Shown one piece after another: positions 1 through 12,155 of a stretch of DNA of 64,000 bases. The stretch lies in NCBI GenBank assembly GCA_051294375.1, contig CM119265.1:13570124-13634123 (forward strand). Reading direction: 5' to 3'. The first letter of the stretch is position 1; each line of letters starts with the position of its first letter. The notes under the pieces were generated by a model. That model was given only the letters and a program-made list of their open reading frames with translations. It did not search any database and was not told the DNA's origin. The stretch is from Paraspadella gotoi. Its lineage: Eukaryota; Animalia; Chaetognatha. A program made the position numbers and the translations under genes.

Positions 1-882
1 CAAATGCTGTTTAAAGATTAATATAATGACATAAAAACCCTATTTGAAGGCTAATTTGCCGTATATTCAATAACGATTTCAGAGCTTGCCACGGGATCGA
101 GCCCCGATAAAAACCAAACAAATTCAAGCCAAACCAACCTATCTCCTGTCGGCCATATCAACATTCACAATTTTCACCACGAAACAAGAAGGGAGAAACA
201 AAAAGTGAAATTAACCCAATCGTGGAAAAGGCGGCAACTCTCTCTATCGGGGTTGCTCCATCAATTCGCTCGATAATAATTAATTCCCATCTTATTTATT
301 GTCATCGGCTATTCATAAGGCGCAAAGAAGGCGGAAGACTACAATTCGTAACTTCTTTAGCCACCTCGCTTGCGATGGAACGGTTGCTTCGCTTGGCCCA
401 CAAAGAGGTTTACGGCCTTTGAATTTTCTTCTCAAGTTCAATTCAACCTGTGTGGTTCGGAAAATGACTCCGAGTTAAAACTAAGAGCCTTCTCCTCTTA
501 TTGGTATCGGCGCACGAGCTTAGCGAGAGTCAGCATAAATTCTATACTCGCCATTTATTTTTATGAGTCTCGAAAACTATTTTTCTTCACAATTCACAAA
601 CTTTTTGAATTAAAACAAAGAGGCAATAATAAAAAGATTAAAAAAAATAATGATGTGACGAACCATTCCGACGATGAGTAAGAAGATAATGATGTCTTCA
701 TCTAAATTTATTTTTTTCGACCAGAAAAAAAAAAGAATCCGAAACGAGATTCGAATAAAAACCATGAATTTTCACATCGGGGCGTCATGGTTCAAAACCA
801 TTTCTCACGTTCGTGGCTGTGGCTCTTTCTTTCTCTCTCTCTTTCTTTATTTTTCTTCATATCTCTTTCGTCCCCCTTCTTT

Positions 883-971
<89 letters not shown>

Positions 972-2150
972 CTCTCTCTTCTCTTATACAAAATACATAT
1001 ATCTTGAAAGTAAGACGACATGGGCCTCGACGGGGCGTGGCGCGCCCATGAATTCCTCAGGATTTTCATAACTTGTTTCCACGATTCATCTCCGTCTCCC
1101 GGACGAGGTTTGGATGTTAGCCTTTTTCTTTCCTTCATCTATCGCTCCCCACTGTCCGACCCCCCTCTCTCTCGGACAAGCTTAGGGATATCTCGCCCTT
1201 GGATGAAAGAGATGGAGAATTTGGGGCGTAGGGGGATGCAGGCAGTGTTGGGGGTGCTAAAGGTATTTGGATGCTAAACTGGGGAGTGTCTTAAAGTCGG
1301 CATTACCGAAAAAAAAAGAAAAGCGGCACACTGTGGAATCGGAATTGTCTAGAGGCGTCAGGAGCCAATAGTAAAATCACTGGAAAGGCTCTATCGGGCT
1401 TCTCTCGTCGCCAAATTGTCGAGCCATAATGTCGAGTCCCCCCAAGACCTTTGGCGGGAATCGTGCTGAAGATGGCGCGGCGTGGCCTCGGCTACGTTGA
1501 CAAAAATCACCGTCGAGCGCGCGGAGTTGTCGTCCCTCGCCGAGCGGAGCGAAGATCCGGCCGAATTCCATGGGGCGATAAGTTATTCCCCCCAGAAAAG
1601 AGGATTCGATGCGTCCTGAATCCAGAAATCGTGGCCACCGTAGGCGAGGTCATGGGGTCACCCCATAGCGGTTGAGTGGAATAGTGAGACGTTCCGCGCA
1701 AAAATGAAAAAAAAAACCGGGGAAGGCTGGCCGGAAGGGAGAAACGAATCCCTGGGGGTATAATCGGGATAAAGAGATCTAGAGTCGGAAGCGGGGGGTG
1801 GGGGAGAGAGAGAGAGATAGTGTCGTGGGAGAAAAGTCCCAACTGAGGGCGCTGAATGATATATATTCCAATTGTATTCCGTATTAGAGAAGGGTGAGGA
1901 GGGTTTGGCAGGCGAGGGATCATCGTGTAGTGGGCTTGGCACCGAGGAAATGTTTTGGGCGGAAAAAAGGGAGGCCGGGCGATATTTCTGAGCCTTTGAA
2001 GTTCTTTCCACGAAACTCAACGGAGGAAAAAGAAAAATGAAAGATGTAAATGGAAAGAATGAGATGGTTGATAGGTTTTACTTCTCGGGGTTATCGAGAT
2101 CACGAGAGAGAGAGAGAGAGAAGAGAGGACGACGAGAGAGAGGAGCAGAC

Positions 2151-2195
<45 letters not shown>

Positions 2196-2366
2196 GAGAG
2201 AGAGAGGAGAGAGAGAGACTTAAAAAAAGCAGGAGATAGAGTTTGCAAAGGGATAGGCCAGCAAAGCCAACAGCAGCAGACGAAGCACAAACAATCGCAG
2301 ATAACAAGGACTCTCCTGGTTGTTTTAGCTTCAAGAGAGAGAGAGAGAGAGATGAGAGAGCAACGA

Positions 2367-2403
<37 letters not shown>

Positions 2404-3344
2404 TCACTCTACTAAATAATAATTCAGCGATTTTTAGGTCAGATGGCGTAGAAATAAAGTAAGTCTCAAACCAAGAAAAGAATAATTCAACCATTTTTGG
2501 GTCAGTTCGTCCGTATAAATAAAGCAAGTCTCAAACCAAGAAAAAGGGACGGCCAACGACGATCGCGAAGACGAAAACGAAGTCGACGAATGGAATGAAT
2601 GGAAAGACGCGGCCGAATTGAAATGGGGAAGAGATTTCCTCCGCAGGACATCGAAGCCTCCGAATGGCGTCCGATAGCGCAGAATCATCGCTTGTTTCCC
2701 AAGCAGCGGAATCTGCAGGGAATTCGAACGTGTTCTCGTCACGGCTTGGGTGAGTTTTAGGGTGAGGCTCGGGCTCGAGCCGCTTGGGTGAATCTAGGGT
2801 AATGCTATGGAAACTTACTTCGGAATACTGGCTTCAAATCGACGCGGTAAGACGGGTTTATGAAATGAGTCGGAAGTGAATGAGTTGCAAAAATTATTAT
2901 TTTCCATATCTGTGAACAAAAAGAGGGCAAACGCTGATTTCCAGGTTGAGCCGTCATAGATTCAGTACTGATGAAAATTTACTATATATTACTACAAACA
3001 TAATTTCTGTTATCTCTGACTTACTCGTGAACACGCGAGTAAAAATATAGTAATAATAACGTAAAAATCGAATAAACTTCCCGAAAATTAACAGAAAAAG
3101 GATGTGAATGAAATCTAAGAAAGCGTGGACGCATCTCAAGACTCACATTAGCGTAAACGGATGCGTCCACGGCAATCGGAAAATCAGAAAAAAAGCTAAG
3201 CTACTTTGGCGACGACGAAGACAAGAACGACAACCGAGATGACCGCCATTTTTTGAGCTTCGGTTAAGTGGAGGGAATTGAGGACAACTGCGTCGGTCGT
3301 CGATCTCATCCCTACTTTTCCTCTTACGGTCGAGATGCATTGAC

Positions 3345-3763
3345 GGTTCTTTTTTCTTTATTTTCTTCTTTTTTTTTCTTTCTTTCTTTCTTTCTTTTCT
3401 TTTCTTTTTTGTCTTTCTTTCTTTTCTTTCTTTCTTTTCTTTTCTTTCTTTTTCTTTTCTTTTTCTTTTCTTTTCTTTCTCTTTTTCTTTTTCTTTTCTT
3501 TTCCTTTCTTTTCTTTTCCTTTCTTTTCTTTTCTTTTCTTTTCTTTTCTTTTCTTTTTGTTTTCTTTTTCTTTTCTTTCTTCTTTTCTTCTTTCTTTCTT
3601 TTCTTTCTTTCTTTGTTTCTTTTCTCTTTCTTTCTTTTCGTTTCGTTTTCGTTTCGTTTCGTTTCGTTTCGTTTCGTTTCGTTTTCGTTTCGTTTCGTTT
3701 CGTTTCGTTTCGTCGTTTCGTTTCTTTCTTTCTTTATTCCTTTCTTTCTTTCTTTCTTATATA

Positions 3764-3798
<35 letters not shown>

Positions 3799-3800
3799 AA
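3345..3800. repeat. Compound pyrimidine microsatellite (TTTC)n/(TTTTC)n/(TTTCG)n
   Basis: Directly visible; it accounts for the F/S/L-rich 248-aa ORF. Confidence 0.95.
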
Positions 3801-4734
3801 AAAATCATTCTTCTTTCTCCCTTTTCATCGTTCCTCCTTTCCCGTCATTTGCCATCAAATTCTTTTTCTTCCTTCGCTGATCTTTATCCCTTCCCTTTTC
3901 ATCTTTTCTATTTCCTTTTTTTTTCTCTCTCTCTTCTTTATCCTTTTACTTCCTTCCCCCCTTTCCTCCTTTTTTCCTTTTCCACATCTACCTCCCTTTT
4001 TCCTTCCGGATTGAATCTTCATCAGTTCCTCTCTCCCGCCAAGATGACCGTAAATGTCTCTTGCAATTCGCGTTAGTCGAGGAAACGTCTATAACCATTT
4101 TCTCTGATTCCGCTAGGGGGGGCGGAGAGTGGAGGCAATGGGGAAATACGTAGCGAGGTAAGGAGATTGGAGATGTACATAGCGCGGTACATGGAGTTCG
4201 GTGAATATTGGCGAAAGATTGGAAGGGCGTGGTCGGGCCTTTAAAAATACACTTAGTCGGGGAAACTGACGTATACATAATGCGAGGAAGTAATGTAGAA
4301 ATGTAAATCTCGTTCGTATAAAAACTAACAAAAGCCAAAAACGTTCCCAAACGATTGAACAAAAGGGGCGGAAATGAAGATGCAAATTGAGACGAGTCAA
4401 GCGAATACGATTCGTAATTATAAAGAAAGAGGAGGAAAAAAATGGGAAAGAAAAGAGGAGAAAAAAAAAGAAAGATTCATGGAAATTGCTAAACGCGCGA
4501 CTTTACTCAATGGGTGCGAAGCGAGAGCGAGAGAGGAGAGAGAGATGGAGATGAGAGAGAGAGAGAGGAGAGAGAAATAGAAGGAAAAGAGGAGGGAAGG
4601 GGAAGGGGAGAAGAGAGGAGAGAGAGAGAGAGAGAGAGAGAGGGCAGAGAGAAGAGAGAGAAAGAAAGAGAGGCAGAGAGAGAGAGAGAGATGAGAGAGA
4701 GTGAAGAGGGAAGAGGGAGAGATAGCGAGAGAGA

Positions 4735-4785
<51 letters not shown>

Positions 4786-4813
4786 AAAGAGAGTAGGTTT
4801 TTTTCGTGTATGA

Positions 4814-5377
4814 TCTAAACAGGGGGCATCTTATATTATTATTTATTGTTGACCTTATGTTTAGTGGTAGAATGCTCGCATTGTTCTTTTTGCTGTTCTA
4901 CTTGATAATGTTTATGAATTAATATAAGAGAGAAGCAATAGTGGTCAATTACATTATTTATGTATTATCAACTTAACATTATTATTATTATTACACAAGA
5001 TACATAATGGTTATTATATTATAAGTGGTAAGCTAAGAAAAGGGCATAGTGGTTCAAACCGACCCTGAAATCCTAGCTGATTAATAGCTAGGCTTTTGAC
5101 AATAACAATCTTCTATCAAACATGAGCCAGTCTCCAAAACAAGAAAAAATACTTCCATTTATAAAGCGAACAATACTACTATAAAATATTTGAATAATAA
5201 TTGGGAAAACTAAATCATTATTAAAACCTATTAAAACTATTGCTAAAACCATAAAATAAGACTATTATGAAAACTGTATCAAAAGATATGAGAAATGGTG
5301 TCCAAACTACTACAATATGTAAATGAGATTGAAGAACTCAATCTCATTTGAAATGAACCACAAATTATTCTGCTACA
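4814..5377 (-). repeat. 3' LTR of the gag-only element
   Basis: Near-identical to 8591-9148, differing mostly by 1-nt indels. In element sense it starts TGTAGCAG and ends ...TTAGA. Confidence 0.88.
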
Positions 5378-6048
5378 TACGTCACAACCACGGTAAAAAT
5401 AAACGTCCTCGTTTTATAAAGTTCGAAACGAAGTAAAGAACGATAAAACAGAGTTAAGTAACATGAAGTGAAGAATGATGTGAAGAAGTAATCCATATCC
5501 AGATGAGGGCAATCACGAGGAAGTTGTTTTTGTGAAGTCCAAAAGGAAGTGAAGTGAAGAACGACACAGAGATTTGAGTTGGCCCACACAAATTGAAGAA
5601 TGATGAGATGGATAAGTGATGCCACACAAAGATGGAAATAATGGAAAGAAAGTAGTATGAAATAGTTTTATGCAAATTTAATATAGATTTGAAATCTGAA
5701 TTGTACTAAGTGGATTCAATTGTTCAAGCGACATTGAGTGGATATGAATTTCATGTTTCATGATTATTTTTTATGCTTTGTTTTTATGTTTTTGTTAAAA
5801 ATGATGTAGGTTACTTGAAATGTATGTAAAATAATTAATTGAAAAAGCAATGTAAAAATTTAAGAATGGAAAAAATTGTTATTAATTGAAAAACTGTTAT
5901 GAAGAATAAAAATTTACAAAATAGTTATGTGTGTTTTGTTCTGTAAAAAATATATTTAATTCAATTTTGAGATCATTCACAATGAAATGCTTTTTTTTTT
6001 TTTAAATTGATGAAAATGTGGAACAATTCTGTAGAGAAAACTTGGGAT

Positions 6049-7105
6049 TTATTCTGAATCAGATTCGTGTTCATATCTTCTTGGGCCTCTTTCATAATCT
6101 TGTAAATAAGGTTGGTCAGGGAATTCTTCATATCTATTTTTGTTATAATAGTGATCAGTTGAATATGGTGACCAGTCGTTCTTGTGGGCCATGGTAATTA
6201 TGGCGATATCTTTTCTTCGGAGTTATGATACCCCTTGTGATAATCTGGCTGTTGACTTTGAAAGTGATCTTGAGTGTAGTAATTTTTATCTTTGGATAAG
6301 AAAAATCAAATTTTTGGTCATATTTTGACCTTTCAAAGCTGGAAGAGTAATGGTCTTGTTCTTTCTTTCTATTCATCCTTATTTCATCAAGTAATCCATT
6401 AATGCTTGAGTTGGTTCTTGCTGTGCCTCTAATTGGTGCTTTTTATTGATTGACATATCTGAGATTTTTGAGACAGTTTTTCCATGCTTGTCATGGAAGC
6501 GGCGGTAAAGGAAACTTCCGGAGGGCGAGATGTCCAGCTGCAGCTAATGGTAGCTTTTCATTTTTCTGGAGCAATTTCTTGCCACTTTCTGCTCGTTCCC
6601 GTGCTTTTCTATATCGTATGTGCGTGGAGGCAAGCCTAAGTCAATGAAAGATTGATAATCTGGTGGAAGTCTGCATCGAATCTTTTGTGTATTTTCTTGC
6701 TTAAATAGTTCTGGTTTTCGGCAACTAATGGGTGCAAAGAGCGAGTCTCTGTTATGACCAAATGGTTCAAAAGTATGCAAAGGAAGTTTACCATCCCATT
6801 TGAGAGCATCAATGTGTTATCTTGAAAGTGTTGCTTTTTCATTGGATCTGCCAAGTTTTTGAAATTAGTTCAGCTTTCATGTGCGGGCCAATTGTTTTTG
6901 TTTGTGGAAGTTTCAAATATTTTTAGACCAAGATCATCCAATTTGGTTGGGAGATGTTTGAGGTATGCATTAATTTTCATTTCATTCGTTGCATCATCTG
7001 GTAAAGCTGCAATAACTGCCCAAGAATATCTTGGAAGCCACAATTCTATGTCTTGTTTCTCACTGAAGTGAAAGGTCTTATGTCAATTTCATAGAAAGAA
7101 TCCAT
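6049..7105 (-). pseudogene. Retrotransposon Gag (capsid)-like frame of ~350 codons with several frameshifts, possibly sequencing errors
   Basis: Joined across frameshifts: MDSFYEIDIRPF..EKQDIELWLPRY..DDATNEMKINAYLKHLPTKL..NNWP.MKAELISK.ADPMKKQHFQ..IDALKWDGKLPLHTFE..RCRLPPDYQSFID..LASTHIRYRKARERAE..YEEFPDQPYLQDYERGPRRYEHESDSE*. The motif spacing resembles Ty3/Gypsy capsid domains. No CCHC zinc knuckle is visible. Confidence 0.68.
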
Positions 7106-8576
7106 TTTAAGATAAAACAGTTGAATAGAAGATAGTGATAAGTAGTAGAGAACGTAAATGGGAATATGAAATTTGTGGAGTTAGCAGCCAGTATGTGGTG
7201 AAAGTGAACAATGGGTTATTCAGAGAACAGGCTCACTTGTGTCGTTGGTTTATGAACAAAAGTGAGCAATAGGTTATCAGCGATAACAGCCCACTGGTAT
7301 CTGGAGATTATGTATTTGGAGAGGTGTGGATGAGTTCCCAGAGGGATGGCCACAACAATGAGAAGTAGATTTTAAAATAGAGAATTATTTAACTTGTGTA
7401 GGAGAGCATCCGCTCAGGATAGCGAGACGTGATTTAATATGCTTAGTTTAACTTTACTTTTAAAAATAGGACCAAAAAGAATACAGTGCAACTGAAGATT
7501 TCAGGCTCAAGAATAGGGTAAATGTGTACGGTTTCAATTGTTGCTGAATTTTGTAAGCAGTGTGGAAACTAAATAATAGTTGATGAGAGAGCAGAGAGGC
7601 GTGAGGAAATGGGTAGTAAAAGGTGATATCTGTGGGCTTTGCGGTGAAGTATGTTTTATTTTGTAAAGGAGTAAAAATTTGTCAAATACAAGTAATATGA
7701 GAAGAAATTAAATATGAGCAGAAATGGAACTTGAGTTGAACGGCACTTTGTTGTCCCAATGAAACTTGAGCTTGGATTTGAGAGAGAAGTCCGAGGGGTA
7801 TGAGTTCCTTGAATGTCACCTAAAAATGTAAAAATGAAAAGGAGAATGTTAGGTTAAAATGAATGGAAAAACAGGCGCCAGAGCAGGGGTGGATATCCAA
7901 AAACTTTTTTTTTTTTTTTTTTTTTTATTAAATTATGGAATGTAATTTGTTAAAATGGTAAATGTATTATGGAGAGAGAGAGTAAAGTGTGTTTGTTTTC
8001 AACTCATTTCAGACCTCTGAATTCCCCACAGAAACAAGCTCAGAGAAGGTGAACGGGCCATCGACGAAATAAGCGAAGCGAAGTGTAGTTTAGGACGAGT
8101 TGTAGATTTGGACGAGTTTTAGAGTTTGAGACGAGTAGAGAGAGGAGAAGAGATACCAATTTTGTAACGTATTGTCAAAGTGAGCCGGCTTGTAGAAGTG
8201 TGGTATCCCTTATTGATTTGGAGCAACGATGAGTGTAGAAGCGACGAAGTTGTAGTTTGGGGCCGGAACAGTCTCCTCCACTGGGTTGCAATGAGTTTAT
8301 GAACATGAAACGGAGTAGTGATATCAAAGGTTGTGACACCTCATTTGTGGGATGAAGCTGCATCAACTTAAAGCTGCCACCAATTCTCCAAAGTTGGTGC
8401 TGTCAGAAGCTGGGAGAACAGCATGAAATGTGATCATATTAATGGATGAGAGCATAGAAAGTTGATAAATGTGAATGGATAAATGTATGAAGGTTTAAAT
8501 ATTAAAATAAGATTTAGGTTTATCTTGAATACAATGGGCAGCCAGATTCTTGGTTGGAAATTTTGAATTTCCACAT

Positions 8577-8589
8577 CCGCGATGCACCA
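8577..8589 (-). promoter_or_regulatory. Primer-binding site complementary to the 3' end of tRNA-Gly(GCC)
   Basis: Minus strand reads TGGTGCATCGCGG, 1 nt from the LTR. The first 10 nt are the exact complement of the invertebrate tRNA-Gly(GCC) 3' end ...CGAUGCACCA (sequence recalled). Confidence 0.78.
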
Positions 8590-8590
8590 C

Positions 8591-9148
8591 TCTAACGGTG
8601 GGGCATCTTATATTATTATTTATTGTTGACCTATGTTTAGTGGTAAATGCTCGCATTGTTCTTTTGCTGTTCTACTGATAATGTTTATGAATTAATATAA
8701 AGAAGAAGCAATAGTTGGTCAATTACATTATTTATTGTATTATCAACTTAACATTATTATTATTATTACACAAGATACATAATGGTTATTATATTATAAG
8801 TGGTAAGCTAAGAAAAGGGCATAGTGGTTCAAACCGACCCTGAAATCCTAGCTGATTAATAGCTAGGCTTGACAATAACAATCTTCTATCAAACATGAGC
8901 CAGTCTCCCAAAACAAAGAAAAATACTTCCATTTATAAAGCGACAATACTACTATAAAATATTTGAATAATAATTGAAAACTAAATTATTATTAAAACCT
9001 ATTAAAACATTGCTAAAACCATAAAATATAGACTATTATGAAAACTGTATTCAAAAGATATGAGAAATGGGTCCAAACTACTACAATATGTAAATGAGAT
9101 TGAAGAACTCAATCTCATTTGAAATGAACCACAAATTATTCTGCTACA
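8591..9148 (-). repeat. 5' LTR of the gag-only element
   Basis: Direct repeat of 4814-5377. In element sense it is followed by one G and then TGGTGCATCG (PBS). Confidence 0.88.
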
Positions 9149-10664
9149 TAGATTGGGCACTATTCCTGAGAAAATGAGTGGACGTAACTGTGAATTATAC
9201 CGCTTTAAGGTTATAAGGTTCCCTTTCAATTTTCGAGGAACGTGAGTTCTTTCGTCCGTGCGCCCTTCTCATTCCACTCTCTATCTTCTATATTCCACAT
9301 TCTGCTCTCCTAATTCCACATTCCTCGGCCCAGATTAAGATTCCCCCCCTCGCTTCTCTCCCCCCGCGGGTCTCCCCCATCGCGACTACAGCAGAACGAA
9401 TCACCTCTCCGAACTGCCATCTTTAGGAGCAGCTTCGAGGAACTCGGCGAATGCGAAAAACAAAAGTCACTGCGAGAGACAGAAAGAAAAGAAAAAGGCG
9501 GAACAAGCTCATAAAATTTTGTTGTCTGCAAACGTGTTTTTTTCTTCTTTTCATGATGCGGATTCTTGTTCAATTTTTTTTTTTTTTTTTTTTTTGACGC
9601 CGTCGCATATAAAATGAACATTCAAGAATTAGCTAAACTATTCAAATCTTAAAATATATTTTTATCGTCATCATTTTCATCAACGTTGTCGTCGACGTCG
9701 CTGTGGTCGTCTCCTCTTTGTCAGTTCTTTTAGTCAATTAAGGATCGCTTCTTCGTTGCCTTTACATGACGTTGTATACAAATACATTAAAGTTATATAT
9801 TGAAAACTATTTATACGTACATTTTATGTTAGATTTTTATTTCATACATATTCTTATTGATTAGCCCGTCGAAAATGCGTCTCGGAACGATCAAGAAAAG
9901 ATTGTTAATCGTTACAAGGGCCAGTAGGAAATTGAGAAGCGAACCCGCCGCATATAAATCGGTGATTTGAAGTGGAAATAATCGTCGTCGTCGTCATCGT
10001 CGTCGTCGTCGTTGTCGTCGTCGTCGTCGTCGTGGCCACTTGAAATAGCGAACGACCAATGGAGTCGTCGTCGTCGTTGTTGTTATCCAATATGACGGCG
10101 GGGACGACGAAGAGGGGCGGCTCTTTCTGGTCGAGTCACCGGTAGTCGGGGCAGCGGCAGTTTTGACGTTTAAATTTTTTTTTCAGTTTCTCGATTTATG
10201 AACTGATTTTTTATAGTACACATTCCCTTTCGTGAATATTACTACCGTGTTTAACTTAAAATTATGACCTTTCAAATAAAACGATTGTGGTAGTTTTTTC
10301 ATGGATGGATTAGCAAGTTCTCGCATGCCATCCAGACAAATTTTGTACTGTCGTTTCGGTGACAATTAAGTTTTATCATAATTGACTGCGAGTACTATAC
10401 TCAATAGCCTATATATAAATTAATAATTCCTCTCTTTTCTTATATATATTTTTTTTTACGTTTTGTTTTGTTTTATTTTTAACGAGTTTACATTTATATT
10501 CATCTAAGTTCCAGTTACCTCGTCCTCCATATTACTTCGTCTCCGCCCGCATTATTTTCTTTCTGGTTTTCTCGCTGGCTGCGTCTTTATCTCTTTCTAC
10601 TTCGTCGCGTCGTTAGCGAACTCATTTATTTTCGATTCGAGTTTCACTTAACTCAGCGGCGAAA

Positions 10665-10699
10665 GCGGCGGCGGGGGCGGTGGCGTCGGCGGCGGGGGC

Positions 10700-10744
<45 letters not shown>
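10665..10744. repeat. (GGC)n trinucleotide repeat
   Basis: Directly visible. Confidence 0.95.
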
Positions 10745-11265
10745 TAATTGTGTTGTCCTTTGAATGTCTCAATTTGTTTTTGTATAGCCAAACAACTCAT
10801 CCATCTTTGTTTTCCAAATCGTCCGATTCATCTTGGCGTTTGTTTCTTCTTTTTAAACGAAATTGTAAATATATTGTAAATATATTGTAAATATATACCC
10901 TCTAATGCCTTTTTTTCTCTCTCCGGCTATATTTACTGCCTGCTCTTGTCACCCAAAAGTCTTTTTCTTTTTTTTTTTTCTTTTTTTTCTTTCTTTCCCT
11001 TTCGTCGTTCACTCACTCTTGTATCTTTCCCTTTTTTTTCACCGAGGGCGTAAATCGACTTGGTACGTGACTTCTCGTTAAAGCAAAAGCGTAATTAAAA
11101 ATTTCACTTAAATTCAGAATAAAAAGGACTAGTTATCGAGATTTAACGACGAAAATGACAAAAGACAAAAAATATATTGTGAGTTTGAGGAGAGGTTTAA
11201 AAATCGTAAATTGAGCTTAGAGAGGAAAAGAATGAAAAAGGCTGATGTACTCTCTTTCGGGTCAT

Positions 11266-11301
<36 letters not shown>

Positions 11302-12009
11302 AAGAGAGAGAGAGAAGGAGAGAGAGAGGAGAGAGAGAGAGAGAAGAAGAGAAGAGAAGAGAGAGAGAGAGACTGAGAAATTCTTCAGTTAGGCTGGGAA
11401 TCGGTGTCTTAAGGGAATCTTCGTCTCTTATTTTTTTCCTCTTCTTTTCCCTAATTCGTTTTATTTTTTTTTTTATTTTCTTTTTCTTTTCCTCCTTCTT
11501 CGGGGAGGAAATTTTTAATGGAGATAAATGTTCCGAGAATCCCACAGAAGTCTAATAAAATTGGTAACACCAGTGGCATCACAACTCGAGCCAGCTCTAC
11601 GGTGCTGCCGTCGCCGGTTCTCTTGGTTGTTAAAACCATCGAGATCGAGTAGCGACGCCGCTGTCGCGACGACGCATCCGTTTGTTGGCGGCTGCGGCGG
11701 CGACGGCGAGGACGGTGGCAGCGGCGACAGCGGTGACGGCGGCGGCGACAGCGGCGGCCACCACGCTGACGCCGTTCCATTTTACCACAGTTATTTTGTG
11801 GCAATTGCTGAAACTAAAATCAAACGCCTTCACAGAAAAACCGATGTGTAGTGGCGTCATCACGTGGGGGAGCCACGATCGGAAAATTACGCCACCACCA
11901 CCGTTAATACCATCACCACCACACCACCCTTGTCGACTCCCTCTCGTTCCTCTTGGTGACGCTCCGCACCGATTTCCGGACTCCGATTAGCGAGCGACTT
12001 AATCGGGCG

Positions 12010-12155
<146 letters not shown>

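Larger units (their letters stand above)
4814..9148 (-). mobile_element. Non-autonomous, gag-only LTR retrotransposon (Ty3/Gypsy-like), ~4.3 kb
   Basis: Two ~560-bp direct repeats (4814-5377 and 8591-9148). PBS lies directly inside the right LTR. Internal Gag-like reading frame; no protease, RT, RNase H or integrase motifs seen. Possible target-site duplication TATGA (4809-4813) / TAGA (9149-9152). Confidence 0.82.

Noticed and set aside
4826-4880. tRNA-Gly gene inside the LTR
   Set aside because: Only the D-arm segment matches; there is no anticodon arm, T-arm or B-box, so it cannot form a cloverleaf.
8089-8140. CRISPR-like short spaced repeats (also 46311-46455 and 2452-2546)
   Set aside because: Only 2-3 copies, no regular unique spacers, no cas genes, and a eukaryotic context.
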